Counted from the stretch's first letter, positions 37,346 through 48,737 are shown. The stretch is DNA of 64,000 nt from a virus (IMGVR_UViG_2630968332_000001:32001-96000); one strand, 5' to 3'. Notes: generated from the letters alone by a model not told the origin. Numbers and translations: made by a program.

Positions 37346-40300
37346 CGTCCTTTTTATTTAAATTTATTAAACTAAATGCTTCTAACCAGAACTCCCTCTC
37401 ATCTTCGCTCTTAGTCCATTTTCCATTAACGTTAACTATCTTAGGTTTTGCAACAACCTTCTTAATATTGATGAAGTCACCTATCTCTATTTTTTGAGAT
37501 ATATAATTTCTTTTTGATACCAATATTTGACTTATTTTTCCAGTTTTTAAGCTATAAATATTTAATTTGCATCTATTACTCATCTTAGCTAAATCAGTCA
37601 CAAAAACGTAAGTATTAGGTAATTTGTCATTGGAATAGCTAATTTTCCCCTTGAGTTCTAACTGTTGTTTAAGTTGATAATCTAGCGGAAAATCAATGTT
37701 AGCAGACGTTCTTTCAAACTCAAGACATTCAAGGTATGCCTTCTGTTTATTGATGAGCGTCTTATTCTTCGGTTTGTATATTTTAATGAACTTTTTATAA
37801 GTTTCAGCTAATAGTTTAGACCCACCAAATTCATCAAAATAATTCAGCGATATTAAGTTTAGCATAATAGACTTATTAACTTCAACACATTTTTCTTTTT
37901 TTATGAAGATGTTTTTGTTGCACTTTGCAAGTTTGTCTATTTCCTTGACTTTGTCAGATGATAATTTATACAAATTTGTTAATTTTGTTATATAATTACT
38001 CTCTTGAATTGCTTGGATAGGCTCGTAAATATCCAATAACAAGTCTGTAAATGTGTCATATTGGTTATCACGTAAACTGTATAATTGTTCACCAGCTTTC
38101 TCATTTACACGTTTAATCGGTTCGATACCTTCATAAATTGAGTTAGTTTCCTTATCCATGTAATACAAGGCACGTGATTTTCTAAATCTAGCTGGCTTGA
38201 TATTGATACCTCTACTTTCAAGATATGAAGTAACCTTAGCAATCTTTTCTGGTTTATCTTTCCAGATTTCACATGCTGCTGTACCCCATTCCAGTGGATA
38301 GTAATATCTTAGCCAAGTTGAGATATAACCAATATATGAATATGCCATTGAGTGATTAATAGAAAAACCGTAGTTGGCAGCGTCCATGAATACTTGCATA
38401 AAGTCTTTTGCAATCTTTTCAGCGTGTTCTTCACTATCACCATATTTTTCCATCATGGTCTTAACAAACGCTTTATGAATTTTAGGCACTTCTTCATCGA
38501 GAATTGACTTAATCTTCTTGCTGAAACCCCGTCTAACGATGTCAGCCGCACCAGCTGTATATCCACAAAATTGCACTAGAAATTGGATTAATTGTTCTTG
38601 ATACACAAGATTGCCAAGCGTAGGAGCTAAAAACTCATTTAAGGCTGGATGTCCATTATCTTTAACAATGCCATGAGTAACATTGTATAAATAACTTGCA
38701 CCAGAAGGTCTTTGAGCTGCGTTAGCCAAACTCAATAAATCCATGTACCGAACTTTTGTTCTTTTATTATTATCGAACCCATTTTCGATTTTGTCAATAG
38801 TATCTGGTGCGAACAAATCTTTAAGAATTTGACCCGCCCTATCTGCTTCAAATTGGAAGATACCAATGTTGTTATCACGCATAGAGCCCCAAACCTTTTT
38901 ATCTTCAAAATCAACAATGTCTGTACTGTCTGGTGTTAGGTATGGCAAACCAGCTAATTTACATGCTTTAGAGATTAAACCAACATTATCTAAACCTAAC
39001 ATATCAAACTTTACCCAATTATAGTGGTCTATCTCTTTCATAGTAACCTGTGTTACAGGGTAGTCCCATTTAGAGATGGTTTGAATACCAACATGGTCGT
39101 CAATAGTATTAGTGTCAATCAAAACACCAGCCGCATGTCTACCAAAGGAGTCAATCACACCTACAATTTGCTTTGCATTATCAAACAATTCTTTATGTTC
39201 TTCGTATAAGCTATTGTTGTAATTACCCTTATCATCAATTTGATTTCTAATACTTTGAATATATTGTGGTTTGCCAGCATATCTATCCATACCATCAGCA
39301 ATAGCCTTGATAGCACCTTTTAGACCATAAGTGTTAGTTGTTAAGATAGAGGCAGCGTGCCATTTATCATTAGTCAACATCCATTGTTGTATCCATTGTT
39401 GGTCTTTGCTCTCGAGGTCTAGGTCTATATCGGCGAGCGATACACGTTCTGGGTTCATAAAGCGTTCAAAATTTAAACCTAATCTAACACTATCCATGTC
39501 AGTTTGATGGCATAGATATGCGATTAAAGACCCAGATACGCTTCCGCGACCTGCACCTGTATCAATACCATTTTTATGGGCTGTATTAACAATATCTTCG
39601 TGGCATAACATATAATCAATCGCACCGTTATGTTTGTATACTTCATATTCGTGTTTAACTCTATCTAAGTACACTTTACGTTCTTCTTTTGGTTTGTCTA
39701 AGATACCTCTATCCTTTAACCCTTGTTTAATTCTCTTTTGGAACTCTTTTTCTGGGTCTTTATACAGTTTAGGGTATTTATGGCTCTTATCTAGCTCAAA
39801 TTCTTCCACACTGTCAGCAATGTCTAAGGTTGCTTGTAATGCTTTTGTGATTACTTCATCGCTCATAATATCAACATTAAAATCAGCTCTTTGTTTTTGA
39901 AATGAACTAACCATTTCATCATAAGTTTTAACCCATAACTCAAACTCATCGTCGCTATCATAACCATTATGCTTTCCTTTTTTAACAATCATTCTAAGTT
40001 CATTGTGTTTGGGATTTAAAGCGTGGACGTCATTACTAGCAATAACATGGCAGCCAATCAATTTAGCATACTTAATAGCTAGGGTATTTAATTCGGCTTG
40101 TTCTTTATTGTCATGTGGTTGAATTTCAAAATAGAACATATCCTTATGCAACTTAGCCATATCAAGCCATTGTTGTACTACGTTCTTTTTATTATTTCTA
40201 ATTTCTTCTGTATCATCTTTTTGGGGTTTGTTTTGATAGATAAAGCCCGCCAAACAGGCTGTGGTAATGTAGATATTACCGTTTTTGAAAGTGTCTTTTA

Positions 40301-40676
40301 ATTCATTGAATAGAATACGTGGTTTGCGATAGAAGTGTCCGTCCGTTCTATTAAAAGACTTTGATGATAATTTATTGATTTCCTTAACACCGTCATAATT
40401 TCGTGCTAAGAGAATTGTATGATATGCTTCTTTGCCTTCTAAACTCATTGTTACATAGGCTTCCATTCCATGAATATATTTTAAACCAGCTTGTTCTGCC
40501 AGTTCCTTTCGATATATCCACCGAACTACATTCCCATGTTCAGTTGATGTAACTGCATGTAGCCCATGTTCTTTAGCATAAGCAACATAATCTTTGAATT
40601 GAGTTACAACTTCAAAATAGTTGCTATTACTAATGTCTGTATGTTGATGTAAACTTATCCATTGCTTATCTGCCAT
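37335..40676 (-). CDS. dnaE: DNA polymerase III alpha subunit
   Basis: PHP HQHTD..TEHG, GRGSVSGS, FERFMNPER, ADIDLD, RHAAG, KFDMLGL, VYQEQ, YGFSINHS. Confidence 0.95.
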   Translation of the reverse strand: MADKQWISLHQHTDISNSNYFEVVTQFKDYVAYAKEHGLHAVTSTEHGNVVRWIYRKELAEQAGLKYIHGMEAYVTMSLEGKEAYHTILLARNYDGVKEINKLSSKSFNRTDGHFYRKPRILFNELKDTFKNGNIYITTACLAGFIYQNKPQKDDTEEIRNNKKNVVQQWLDMAKLHKDMFYFEIQPHDNKEQAELNTLAIKYAKLIGCHVIASNDVHALNPKHNELRMIVKKGKHNGYDSDDEFELWVKTYDEMVSSFQKQRADFNVDIMSDEVITKALQATLDIADSVEEFELDKSHKYPKLYKDPEKEFQKRIKQGLKDRGILDKPKEERKVYLDRVKHEYEVYKHNGAIDYMLCHEDIVNTAHKNGIDTGAGRGSVSGSLIAYLCHQTDMDSVRLGLNFERFMNPERVSLADIDLDLESKDQQWIQQWMLTNDKWHAASILTTNTYGLKGAIKAIADGMDRYAGKPQYIQSIRNQIDDKGNYNNSLYEEHKELFDNAKQIVGVIDSFGRHAAGVLIDTNTIDDHVGIQTISKWDYPVTQVTMKEIDHYNWVKFDMLGLDNVGLISKACKLAGLPYLTPDSTDIVDFEDKKVWGSMRDNNIGIFQFEADRAGQILKDLFAPDTIDKIENGFDNNKRTKVRYMDLLSLANAAQRPSGASYLYNVTHGIVKDNGHPALNEFLAPTLGNLVYQEQLIQFLVQFCGYTAGAADIVRRGFSKKIKSILDEEVPKIHKAFVKTMMEKYGDSEEHAEKIAKDFMQVFMDAANYGFSINHSMAYSYIGYISTWLRYYYPLEWGTAACEIWKDKPEKIAKVTSYLESRGINIKPARFRKSRALYYMDKETNSIYEGIEPIKRVNEKAGEQLYSLRDNQYDTFTDLLLDIYEPIQAIQESNYITKLTNLYKLSSDKVKEIDKLAKCNKNIFIKKEKCVEVNKSIMLNLISLNYFDEFGGSKLLAETYKKFIKIYKPKNKTLINKQKAYLECLEFERTSANIDFPLDYQLKQQLELKGKISYSNDKLPNTYVFVTDLAKMSNRCKLNIYSLKTGKISQILVSKRNYISQKIEIGDFINIKKVVAKPKIVNVNGKWTKSEDEREFWLEAFSLINLNKKDDGV

Positions 40677-41280
40677 ATTCCTCTAACCACTTCTTTTCTC
40701 TATTTTCTGTATCAAAATGTTCTGCCAAGACCAACAAATTGCTACTGTCAAAGTCTTCGTAAACATGAAGGTCATATGTTTTATCGGTGTAATATAACGC
40801 TTTACCGTCTGGATGGTAGTCAAATTCCATATCAAACATTGTGAATTTGATATGGCTAGTTGCATAACTGTCTAAATCTATATAACAATCATCAGCTCTA
40901 ACAGTTTTGCCACGATAAGTAACCAATACAACAGAGTCTGCATAGATAGGGTTACCTTCTCTATCTTTAATACCTAAGTCACCACAGACACTAAAATATT
41001 CCATAATGGCACTTTCCAACCAATCTGTATCAAACTTAGTGTCGTTGCGATATACTTTTGTATCTAACCATTCTGCAAAATGAACTAAGTTATTAATTGG
41101 TGGCACTGTTGCATTATCCCAGCTGTCCCACCAACCATTTACCGTAATTTCTTTACCGTTAGCTAGTTTGAATATGAAAGTAGGGTATTTAAACGTTTCG
41201 TAAGTTCCAAAGCAAAATTCGCAAGTCCCAACATCAACTTCTTCATATTCAGTTTGTACATCAACTAAATGTATTTTCAT
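40666..41280 (-). CDS. Hypothetical protein (CxxC near N-terminus)
   Basis: GTCEFCFG; SD GGAGGG before ATG 41280. Confidence 0.65.
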   Translation of the reverse strand: MKIHLVDVQTEYEEVDVGTCEFCFGTYETFKYPTFIFKLANGKEITVNGWWDSWDNATVPPINNLVHFAEWLDTKVYRNDTKFDTDWLESAIMEYFSVCGDLGIKDREGNPIYADSVVLVTYRGKTVRADDCYIDLDSYATSHIKFTMFDMEFDYHPDGKALYYTDKTYDLHVYEDFDSSNLLVLAEHFDTENREKKWLEEYGR

Positions 41281-41303
41281 TAAAATTCCCTCCATTAAAA
41301 ATA

Positions 41304-42482
41304 CTATCCAAACAGCATATTCATGATTTCATCTGTTTCATCATCTTGTTGTTTATCCATTTCGCCACCAAATAACCATGCTGTATCTTCGTCTAGGTTT
41401 TCTTCTGGTGGTAAATCGTCTACTAAATTCTCACGTTTCTTAAAGTAATCAGATGTATGATATGCACACAATTTCTTGTCATAATAGTTATCTGGGTCAT
41501 ATGGGTATGTGTATGATAGGTAACCTTCTAAGTCTTCAATATCTTCTAAAGCTACAATCTCATCGCACTTATTACCAATATGTTTATTCAATTCTTTTAT
41601 ATCATCTTCGTTAATATCAATTTCAATGAAGTAGTTTTCAATATAGAATTGTTCACGAATATCTTCTGGTAAGTTATCCATATCATTGTTTGCACAAGCT
41701 GTATCAATCATTTCTTCGATTGTAATGGGGTCTAAGTCAGTTTTCTTCAACTTAGTTTCTAACTTCTTACGCATTTTTTCTACCCATTGATAACGTTCTT
41801 GTACACTTGTTTTCCATTTACCATTTTCTTGTTTGAAATGAACCGTACAATACTTAGCCATATCAAAACGTGCTTTAATCTTATCGTAAGGAGTGCCATG
41901 CACTTGATGTTCTGCCATAGCATACAACCTTAACTGCATTGATTTTTCTGGTAACTTGGCTTTTGAGAAACTAGACTTAGATGAAGTCTTGTAATCAACT
42001 AATACTAAATTCCCATCTTCATCAGTATATTCTGTATCGACATAACCAACGAATACATATTTATTTCCCTTATCACTTTCAACAATAGCTCTAACAGGCT
42101 TTTCATTAACTGCTTTGTCTGTCATAACCTTTGTATGTTTAAAGTAGTGATTAAGGTTTTTGATATAGCCATCTTTAATCTTTACAGTATCAAACATGTA
42201 ACGTGCTGGGTCGCTTTCCCATTTAGCTACAAACTTACTCCATTGTTTATATAAGTCATCATATCCAATTTCATGGTTGTAAAAGTCTTCCATTTCTTGA
42301 TGGAATTGAGAACCCATGAATGAATAGATATTACCTTTAGCCAAATCCATATGCCATAAGTAAGTAGCTACGTAATCTACTGGGCATGCTTCAAACTTGG
42401 AAATTCTACTATAACTCCAAATTCTATCCACATCATACTTTTTCTTTAACGCATTTAATTGTTCTTTAGTTAATCGTGCTAT
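41304..42482 (-). CDS. PD-(D/E)XK RecB/AddB-like exonuclease (probable ATA start 42482)
   Basis: WSYSRI, GSQFH, GYVD, LVDYKTS, QLRLYA. Confidence 0.82.
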   Translation of the reverse strand: MARLTKEQLNALKKKYDVDRIWSYSRISKFEACPVDYVATYLWHMDLAKGNIYSFMGSQFHQEMEDFYNHEIGYDDLYKQWSKFVAKWESDPARYMFDTVKIKDGYIKNLNHYFKHTKVMTDKAVNEKPVRAIVESDKGNKYVFVGYVDTEYTDEDGNLVLVDYKTSSKSSFSKAKLPEKSMQLRLYAMAEHQVHGTPYDKIKARFDMAKYCTVHFKQENGKWKTSVQERYQWVEKMRKKLETKLKKTDLDPITIEEMIDTACANNDMDNLPEDIREQFYIENYFIEIDINEDDIKELNKHIGNKCDEIVALEDIEDLEGYLSYTYPYDPDNYYDKKLCAYHTSDYFKKRENLVDDLPPEENLDEDTAWLFGGEMDKQQDDETDEIMNMLFG

Positions 42483-42498
42483 TTTAGTTTATCTCTCC

Positions 42499-43575
42499 TT
42501 ATACAAAATTTACTTTATTTCTAGTTTTCATTGAATACCGCCAGCCTACACCTTTCTTTCCCAATGTATCTATTGGTGATTGCTTAGGTTTGAATATATT
42601 AACAGGCGGTCTAATATACGATACTCTACGGAAATTGGAGAACTTATCTGCTACTTCTTTTAGATATTCTTCCCCACCATTTTCACCAAACATAACATCT
42701 TCATCAAATGCTATGACAATCTCACAATCTTCTGGAGTATTTCTTATAATGAATTTCCGTTGTATTTCAGATACGTTGTGATTGCCTAATGCAACAGAAT
42801 ATCCCTTACCACGTTTATATGTGAATTGCTTTAATACCGACTTTTCACCCTCGAACAAAACAAGCATATTACTCTTAGCTAAATTGTTCTTAGACTGTTG
42901 GAATCCATACAAGTTATTGCTCTTAGAAAAGCCATCAATGTAATTCCAGTACTTAGGAACACCTAATAACTTGGCTGTATCACTATCTAATATAGTTCTG
43001 CCTTGTATGCCAACAATGTTATTCTCATCATTCCAATCATAATGTGGGAAGATTATCCTATCTCTTTCTGGGTCATAACAAATATTGAATTGTTTAATCA
43101 CATCTGGTGAAATGCCTTCTTCAATCAATGATTTATGTGGCATTGGAATGAAACAACTAAGATAGCTGTTGTCATACTTTTTATTTTCTTTGCCTTGCAC
43201 AACCATTCCGTACTTAGCAAATTGTCTATATTCTTCAATTAGGCTAGTAGTTTGAACTTGCTGTATTGAGTTTCCAATCCCAAACAATGCTTTCATGTAA
43301 GCAAACGTTGTAGTGAAGTCCCAACCTTTTATCTCCTGTATTGCACCAATCAAATCACCACTGTAACTGATTGAGAACATAGATGTAGATAGGCTTTCAT
43401 TTAATACCACACGTAATGAGGTGTTGTTATCATGGTCTGGCAAAGCTCCACGTATAACATCTTCTTTCTCATACCATAAATCATGAAAGTTTATATCTTC
43501 TAGTATCTTAATTATTCTGTTGCTATCTTTAAGCAAGTATTCTTTAAACTCTTTGACTTCCGATTTACTTAACAC
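42499..43575 (-). CDS. DNA primase (TOPRIM)
   Basis: RIIFP, GIQGR, LYG, VLFEGEKS, IAFDED. Confidence 0.85.
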   Translation of the reverse strand: MLSKSEVKEFKEYLLKDSNRIIKILEDINFHDLWYEKEDVIRGALPDHDNNTSLRVVLNESLSTSMFSISYSGDLIGAIQEIKGWDFTTTFAYMKALFGIGNSIQQVQTTSLIEEYRQFAKYGMVVQGKENKKYDNSYLSCFIPMPHKSLIEEGISPDVIKQFNICYDPERDRIIFPHYDWNDENNIVGIQGRTILDSDTAKLLGVPKYWNYIDGFSKSNNLYGFQQSKNNLAKSNMLVLFEGEKSVLKQFTYKRGKGYSVALGNHNVSEIQRKFIIRNTPEDCEIVIAFDEDVMFGENGGEEYLKEVADKFSNFRRVSYIRPPVNIFKPKQSPIDTLGKKGVGWRYSMKTRNKVNFV

Positions 43576-43601
43576 CTCACTACAAATTTCTCTTTAAACG
43601 C

Positions 43602-43634
43602 AAAAAAGGACACACTACTTCCGTAATGTGTCCT
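43602..43634 (-). terminator. Rho-independent terminator
   Basis: AGGACACA..TGTGTCCT followed by T run on minus strand. Confidence 0.7.
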
Positions 43635-43682
43635 AACGTTTTTCAACTATATTATTATAACATTTTAAACTATCTAAGTCAA

Positions 43683-44168
43683 TTATTGTTTTAACTTCAT
43701 TTCAAGACTAAAGGTTAACTCTTCATTGCAATGTGGACATTTAACTACAATATAATTACCTCCACCACGTCTTTTACCCTTGTTATGAACTGCAATGTCT
43801 TTATACCTATCTTTATACATACCAAGTATTTCTTTGTCCTTGTCTGATATTTCCATTAACTGTGGCAATATATAATGATATAAATCTTCGTCATGTTCTT
43901 TGATATACTCTATCTTTTCTGGTGTTTCAAAAGCTGAATTAAGTTGCATAATTCTAGTAATAGTTGTGCTATTTAAATTGCCTTCTTCTCTTAATATCTT
44001 TCTCATATACCCTATCATTTGTGAACTAATACCTGTTAATTCCGCTAAATCTACGTGTTTCATCTTGGATTCCAACAATCTTACAACATTATTGTAGATT
44101 TGTTCTACAACTGGTGTACCATACCTGTACACACCAATATCTTCCTTGTTCTCCATAATCAATCCCAC
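43683..44168 (-). CDS. HTH transcriptional regulator with C-terminal CPHC
   Basis: HVDLAELTGISSQMIGYMR helix-turn-helix. Confidence 0.6.
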   Translation of the reverse strand: MGLIMENKEDIGVYRYGTPVVEQIYNNVVRLLESKMKHVDLAELTGISSQMIGYMRKILREEGNLNSTTITRIMQLNSAFETPEKIEYIKEHDEDLYHYILPQLMEISDKDKEILGMYKDRYKDIAVHNKGKRRGGGNYIVVKCPHCNEELTFSLEMKLKQ

Positions 44169-44202
44169 CCATTATAATTATTTATAAGTAAATGATAACA
44201 TG

Positions 44203-44237
44203 AAAATAAGCTACAACCAAAAAGATTGTAGCTTATT
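44203..44237 (-). terminator. Terminator after lysin
   Basis: AATAAGCTACAA..TTGTAGCTTATT plus T run. Confidence 0.7.
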
Positions 44238-44241
44238 AAGA

Positions 44242-45516
44242 TTATATTGTTAATGTTTGACCTGGGTAGATTAGGTTTACGTTATGAATACCGTTCTTTT
44301 GAGCAATAGCCCATGCACTCGTACCATAGCGTGCTGCAATTCCACCTAATGTATCACCATAACGTACTGTATAGCGTCTTACATTGCTTGCTTGGCTAGC
44401 TGTACCATTGATAACAATTCGTTGTCCTGGGTAAATCCAGTTCACATTACTAATACCATTGTTACGAGCTAAAGTATAAACATTCACTCCATAACGGTTA
44501 GCAATAGCACCTAAAGTATCGCCATAACGTACATAGTAAACAGATTGTGTTGTAGCTGGAGTATTATTACTCTTAACTTGACCTGTTACCTTTAATACTT
44601 GACCGATATATAGGTAGTTAGGATTGCTTAAACCATTTAGACTTTGTAATGCTTGCCATGTTGTGCCATAACGAGCTGCGATAGCTCCTAAAGTATCTCC
44701 AGACTTAACCACATAAGTGCCTGTTGCTTGTGGTTTATTTTGTGGTTGTGATGGTTGTTGTGCTGGCTTAGCTTGATTATTGTTATAGCTTGCACCGTAA
44801 CCATTCTTAGTAATATCCTTACCATTTGGTGCTAAGGAAATGTTACCGTCTAAACCACCAGACATATATGTTGAAGTAAATTGCCAAATGGAAATTCCGT
44901 CCATAGATGGGAAGATGCTCCATACAGGTTCAGTAGTTACATTGTAGTTAGGATATGCAGCAATCCATAAACTATCTGGGAACTCTGCTAAAATTCTATG
45001 ATAATCAACATGAGCTAATGTGTATGGCTTATATGAGTAATACATAGGAGTATAGCCACAATCTCTAATATATCTCATACCATATAAGATATTGTTTGTA
45101 TTGGCTTGAATATCACCAGAAGCACCAGACTCATAGTCCAAAGCTACAATACTACCTTTTGGTGCGTTAATCTTAGGCATGAAGTAGTCTAGCATTTGTT
45201 TTGTTTGCCATTGGTTAGCCCCAGTCTGCATCCAAATGTAAGTGTGCATACGTTTACCAGCGGAACGACCGTAATTCATTTGAGAATTATAAGTCCATTG
45301 GTCGTAAATATAACCGTTGATAGAACCACCAATTTGGGCAATACTAAAGCTATCTCTACCATAACCCAAGTTACCATTTGCTCCTTGATACTTAGAAACA
45401 TCAGTACCATAGGAACGTGCGTCAGCAGCTTGCACACCAGCAAAGCCACCTACACCCATGAATAAAGTCATAGCTGTAACCATCGCTACAACTACTTTGT
45501 TAAATAGTTTTCTCAA
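44242..45516 (-). CDS. Secreted endolysin: signal peptide, GH25 muramidase, 3 LysM
   Basis: [27 protein letters not shown]; three YxVxxGDTLxAIA repeats. Confidence 0.93.
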   Translation of the reverse strand: MRKLFNKVVVAMVTAMTLFMGVGGFAGVQAADARSYGTDVSKYQGANGNLGYGRDSFSIAQIGGSINGYIYDQWTYNSQMNYGRSAGKRMHTYIWMQTGANQWQTKQMLDYFMPKINAPKGSIVALDYESGASGDIQANTNNILYGMRYIRDCGYTPMYYSYKPYTLAHVDYHRILAEFPDSLWIAAYPNYNVTTEPVWSIFPSMDGISIWQFTSTYMSGGLDGNISLAPNGKDITKNGYGASYNNNQAKPAQQPSQPQNKPQATGTYVVKSGDTLGAIAARYGTTWQALQSLNGLSNPNYLYIGQVLKVTGQVKSNNTPATTQSVYYVRYGDTLGAIANRYGVNVYTLARNNGISNVNWIYPGQRIVINGTASQASNVRRYTVRYGDTLGGIAARYGTSAWAIAQKNGIHNVNLIYPGQTLTI

Positions 45517-45595
45517 CTAGGAAAACTCCCCTCATGTTAGTTTTCCCTCCTTTGTTGAAGACACCTCACTATTTAACTTAGTTTACATTAATTAA

Positions 45596-47965
45596 TTAGT
45601 ATTTATATGGTGCTGAGAAGAAGATAGCTTTCATTTTGCTACTTCCTCCCTCATCAATGATTGGCTTAATCGCACCATCTAACATCTTTGTTAAACCTTC
45701 GCCTGTGATAGTATATGGTATTCTTACTAAAAAGATGTCATTGTCATCACAGTATTGGTTTTTAATTTTGTCGTAATTGATACGTTCTTCAAACTTTTCA
45801 TCGCCACCCCAGTATTCCACTGATTTGAAATGCTGTTCACCATCATATTCGATAGCCATATTAGCAGATGGGATATAGAAATCGAACGGTAGTGGTTGTG
45901 CATTACCAACACAATCATTAAAAGTCTTTTGTGGTTCATAATCAATATTATGTTCAATCAGGTAATCTTCGATTTGAGCCTCACCACGCGACCTACCTTT
46001 TCTAACACAACGTGGACATTCTGTCCCGCCATTAACAAAATTGCTAGGACTCGTCTTCCATTCATAACCGCAAGTATTGTGCTTCATAAGAATAGGTGTA
46101 CTACTGTTCACATATTTACCTAGCACAGTATACTCATCACCTCGCAATGCCGCTACTTCATCTTTATATTGTTTTGTTGTCTTTTTAAACTTACCAAAAC
46201 AATGTGGACAACCAGTCCCATTTATTATATGCGACGGAGCCATCTTAAACTCTTTACCACATACGACATGTTTAAATAATGTTTTTTCCTGTGCTTTTAC
46301 ATATCTACCCAAAAGTATATACTCGTCACCACGTACTTTTTTCAATCTCTTTTCAAACTTTTCGGTAGTGATATTCTTGCCACCACCATGACATTCGGCA
46401 CACATACCACGTTTATGAAGAAATTGGTTAGGGGTTTTCGTATAGATAGTACCGCATGGATTGTGCTTATATTTAATTGGTACTCTTGCACCTTTGTATT
46501 CCTCCAAAAAAGTGTATTCATCTCCAACTAAATCATATACCTCTTTTAAAAACTCCTCGTTTGTTTTCGTGGCATTTTTAATATGACACTTTATACAACG
46601 TGAACCAGATTTAAATTGTGCTGGACGTGTTTTCCATATATAGCCACACTTGTTATGACGTACCCGAATAGATGTTGAGTAGTTAACATATGGGGCTAAG
46701 AATGTATATTCATCTCCAACCATGTCATATACTTCTTTTACCCATTCTTCATTAGTTTTGCCTCCACCTATTCTGCCCTTCTTCCATGAATGATAATTTC
46801 CAGTTCTTTTACCTCTACACTTTTTACAGCCTTTCCAATGTGAAAGATAATCGGCACGAACCGTAGTTACCTCACCACATGATAAATGTTTTATCTCTAA
46901 TTTTGTTTTTGCATTTTCGTATTCATTTAAGATTGTATAATCTTTACCATGAACTTCGTGTAATCTTTTTACTATTTGCTCGGTAGTCATTGAACGTGAT
47001 TTATCATAGCATTTTTTACATCTTTGTCCTTGAAGATAAAAGTTATTAGGCGATATTTTAAATTCATTACCACACTCATTATGTCGACATAGTATTGGGT
47101 GCTTACTATTAACATAATCTTCCAAAAAGACGTATTCGTCCCCAGCTACCTCTTTTACCCTTTTCGCCCACTCTTTATTGCTTATTTTACGACTATTTAT
47201 TTCGCATTGTGGACATCTAGTACCAGCTAAAAAATCATGCGGTGTAACACACCATTCATACCCACAAACACTATGTTTGCATTTCATTTTAACATTAGAC
47301 CTTGTATATGGTTCTGGGAATAAATACTCATCACCTGTAAGACTATGGTAATCTTTCTCCCATTGTTCCTGTGTTTTAAGCGTACCTTTGTTTTTAGCAC
47401 ATTTCTTACACCTTGTACCATACAAAAAGTTCTTTGGTTTAATTTTGTAAACATAACCACATTCGTTATGTCTAACCCTCATAGCTGTTTCACGATTTTG
47501 ATAAGTATCTAAAAAGGTATACTCATCGCCCACAAGATTAAATACATCTTCTTTCCACTGTTTATCACTTTTATTATGTCTTTCAGCTTTACAGATTGGA
47601 CATCTTTCGCCCTTCATAAAATCAATAGGCATAACATTAAACGTCTTACCACAAACAGTGTGTTCTGCGTGGATAGCAGTTTGATTATCAACGTAATCGC
47701 CAATGAAGTTATATTCATCAACGCTATTGAGTTTCTTTATACCTTTAAGCCACTCGCCATTATTTTTAAACGTTCTATACTTACCACACTTTAAACACGA
47801 ATTTCTGCGCATAAATTGTTTAGGTGTTATTAGATAGGTTTCGTTACAAACATTATGTTTAATTCTTAATTTTGTATAATTATTTTCATACTCATCAAGA
47901 ACCTCATATTCGTCACCATATCTCTCTTTAACTCTATCTTCAAAATTGTTTCTTCTCAAATACAT
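45596..47965 (-). CDS. Multi-Zn-ribbon repeat protein with C-terminal Vsr/DUF559-like endonuclease (homing endonuclease-like)
   Basis: Ten ~64-aa repeats GDEY..H..CG..P..F..G..CxxC; SRGE..PFDFYI..IEYDGEQHF..D..KN. Confidence 0.8.
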   Translation of the reverse strand: MYLRRNNFEDRVKERYGDEYEVLDEYENNYTKLRIKHNVCNETYLITPKQFMRRNSCLKCGKYRTFKNNGEWLKGIKKLNSVDEYNFIGDYVDNQTAIHAEHTVCGKTFNVMPIDFMKGERCPICKAERHNKSDKQWKEDVFNLVGDEYTFLDTYQNRETAMRVRHNECGYVYKIKPKNFLYGTRCKKCAKNKGTLKTQEQWEKDYHSLTGDEYLFPEPYTRSNVKMKCKHSVCGYEWCVTPHDFLAGTRCPQCEINSRKISNKEWAKRVKEVAGDEYVFLEDYVNSKHPILCRHNECGNEFKISPNNFYLQGQRCKKCYDKSRSMTTEQIVKRLHEVHGKDYTILNEYENAKTKLEIKHLSCGEVTTVRADYLSHWKGCKKCRGKRTGNYHSWKKGRIGGGKTNEEWVKEVYDMVGDEYTFLAPYVNYSTSIRVRHNKCGYIWKTRPAQFKSGSRCIKCHIKNATKTNEEFLKEVYDLVGDEYTFLEEYKGARVPIKYKHNPCGTIYTKTPNQFLHKRGMCAECHGGGKNITTEKFEKRLKKVRGDEYILLGRYVKAQEKTLFKHVVCGKEFKMAPSHIINGTGCPHCFGKFKKTTKQYKDEVAALRGDEYTVLGKYVNSSTPILMKHNTCGYEWKTSPSNFVNGGTECPRCVRKGRSRGEAQIEDYLIEHNIDYEPQKTFNDCVGNAQPLPFDFYIPSANMAIEYDGEQHFKSVEYWGGDEKFEERINYDKIKNQYCDDNDIFLVRIPYTITGEGLTKMLDGAIKPIIDEGGSSKMKAIFFSAPYKY

Positions 47966-48056
47966 ACCACCTTTATAAAGATTAATATAATATTATATTA
48001 TCTCTATTATTTTATTAAAGTCAATATATATTCATGTAAAAATGAAGATGTTTTAG

Positions 48057-48737
48057 TTATTTCCAATAGGTTATTTGTAGCTTAGGACTTCTCCAACCGT
48101 TGTGTGCTCCATAATAATAACCATAATGCAAATGGCTTAGGTCGTAACCTCTCACAGTTAGACCCGATAATTTATTATCTCTAAAATTATCTCCTACCCA
48201 AGTTGGTAAATCTATCCATGCACCTTCGCCATAACTCATGCGTCTTTCTGCAACTAAGCCATTAGCTTCTTGGAAACGGTCAGACCAACCAGAACGATTG
48301 TTATGAGTACCAACCCTAGCTACACCACCAGAATAGTAATACCAGTGTGCATTACACAAATAGACCTTGACCGACTCAATTCTAGCTCCAGCCAACTTGT
48401 TCCTTATGTCACCATCATTGAACCACATCATAGAACCTTCATCTCCCCTGTCATACACATCGTGTGCAGGCGAATAACACCCGGCGGACATGAATTTCTT
48501 TGGGTTTACCAAAGCCGAAAAACCTTTCGCAGCACCCCCGTTAATCATATTACTCCAGTAGCTCCAGCTTCCTGTCGCTTCCCATGTGTCTACATGACGT
48601 TCTTCACTCAACATAACCCATCTATGTCCGTCCCAGCCACGTATCTTAGCTTTCTTCCAGTTATGACCGTCCCATATTCTAGTGTTATGAGCTACATCCC
48701 ACCAGTCATTTCCATGCCATATCTTTACCTTACCCAA
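48057..48737 (-). CDS. Tail fiber-associated/receptor-binding protein
   Basis: Trp/Gly-rich WDG repeats, PKLQITY end, position after tail fiber. Confidence 0.6.
   Translation of the reverse strand: MGKVKIWHGNDWWDVAHNTRIWDGHNWKKAKIRGWDGHRWVMLSEERHVDTWEATGSWSYWSNMINGGAAKGFSALVNPKKFMSAGCYSPAHDVYDRGDEGSMMWFNDGDIRNKLAGARIESVKVYLCNAHWYYYSGGVARVGTHNNRSGWSDRFQEANGLVAERRMSYGEGAWIDLPTWVGDNFRDNKLSGLTVRGYDLSHLHYGYYYGAHNGWRSPKLQITYWK

Noticed and set aside
37335-40676. Intein or intron in dnaE
   Set aside because: Continuous frame of ordinary length with no splicing motifs seen.
41304-42482. Cas4 as part of the CRISPR locus
   Set aside because: Lies 28 kb away among replication genes and lacks the four-Cys cluster; an ordinary phage exonuclease.
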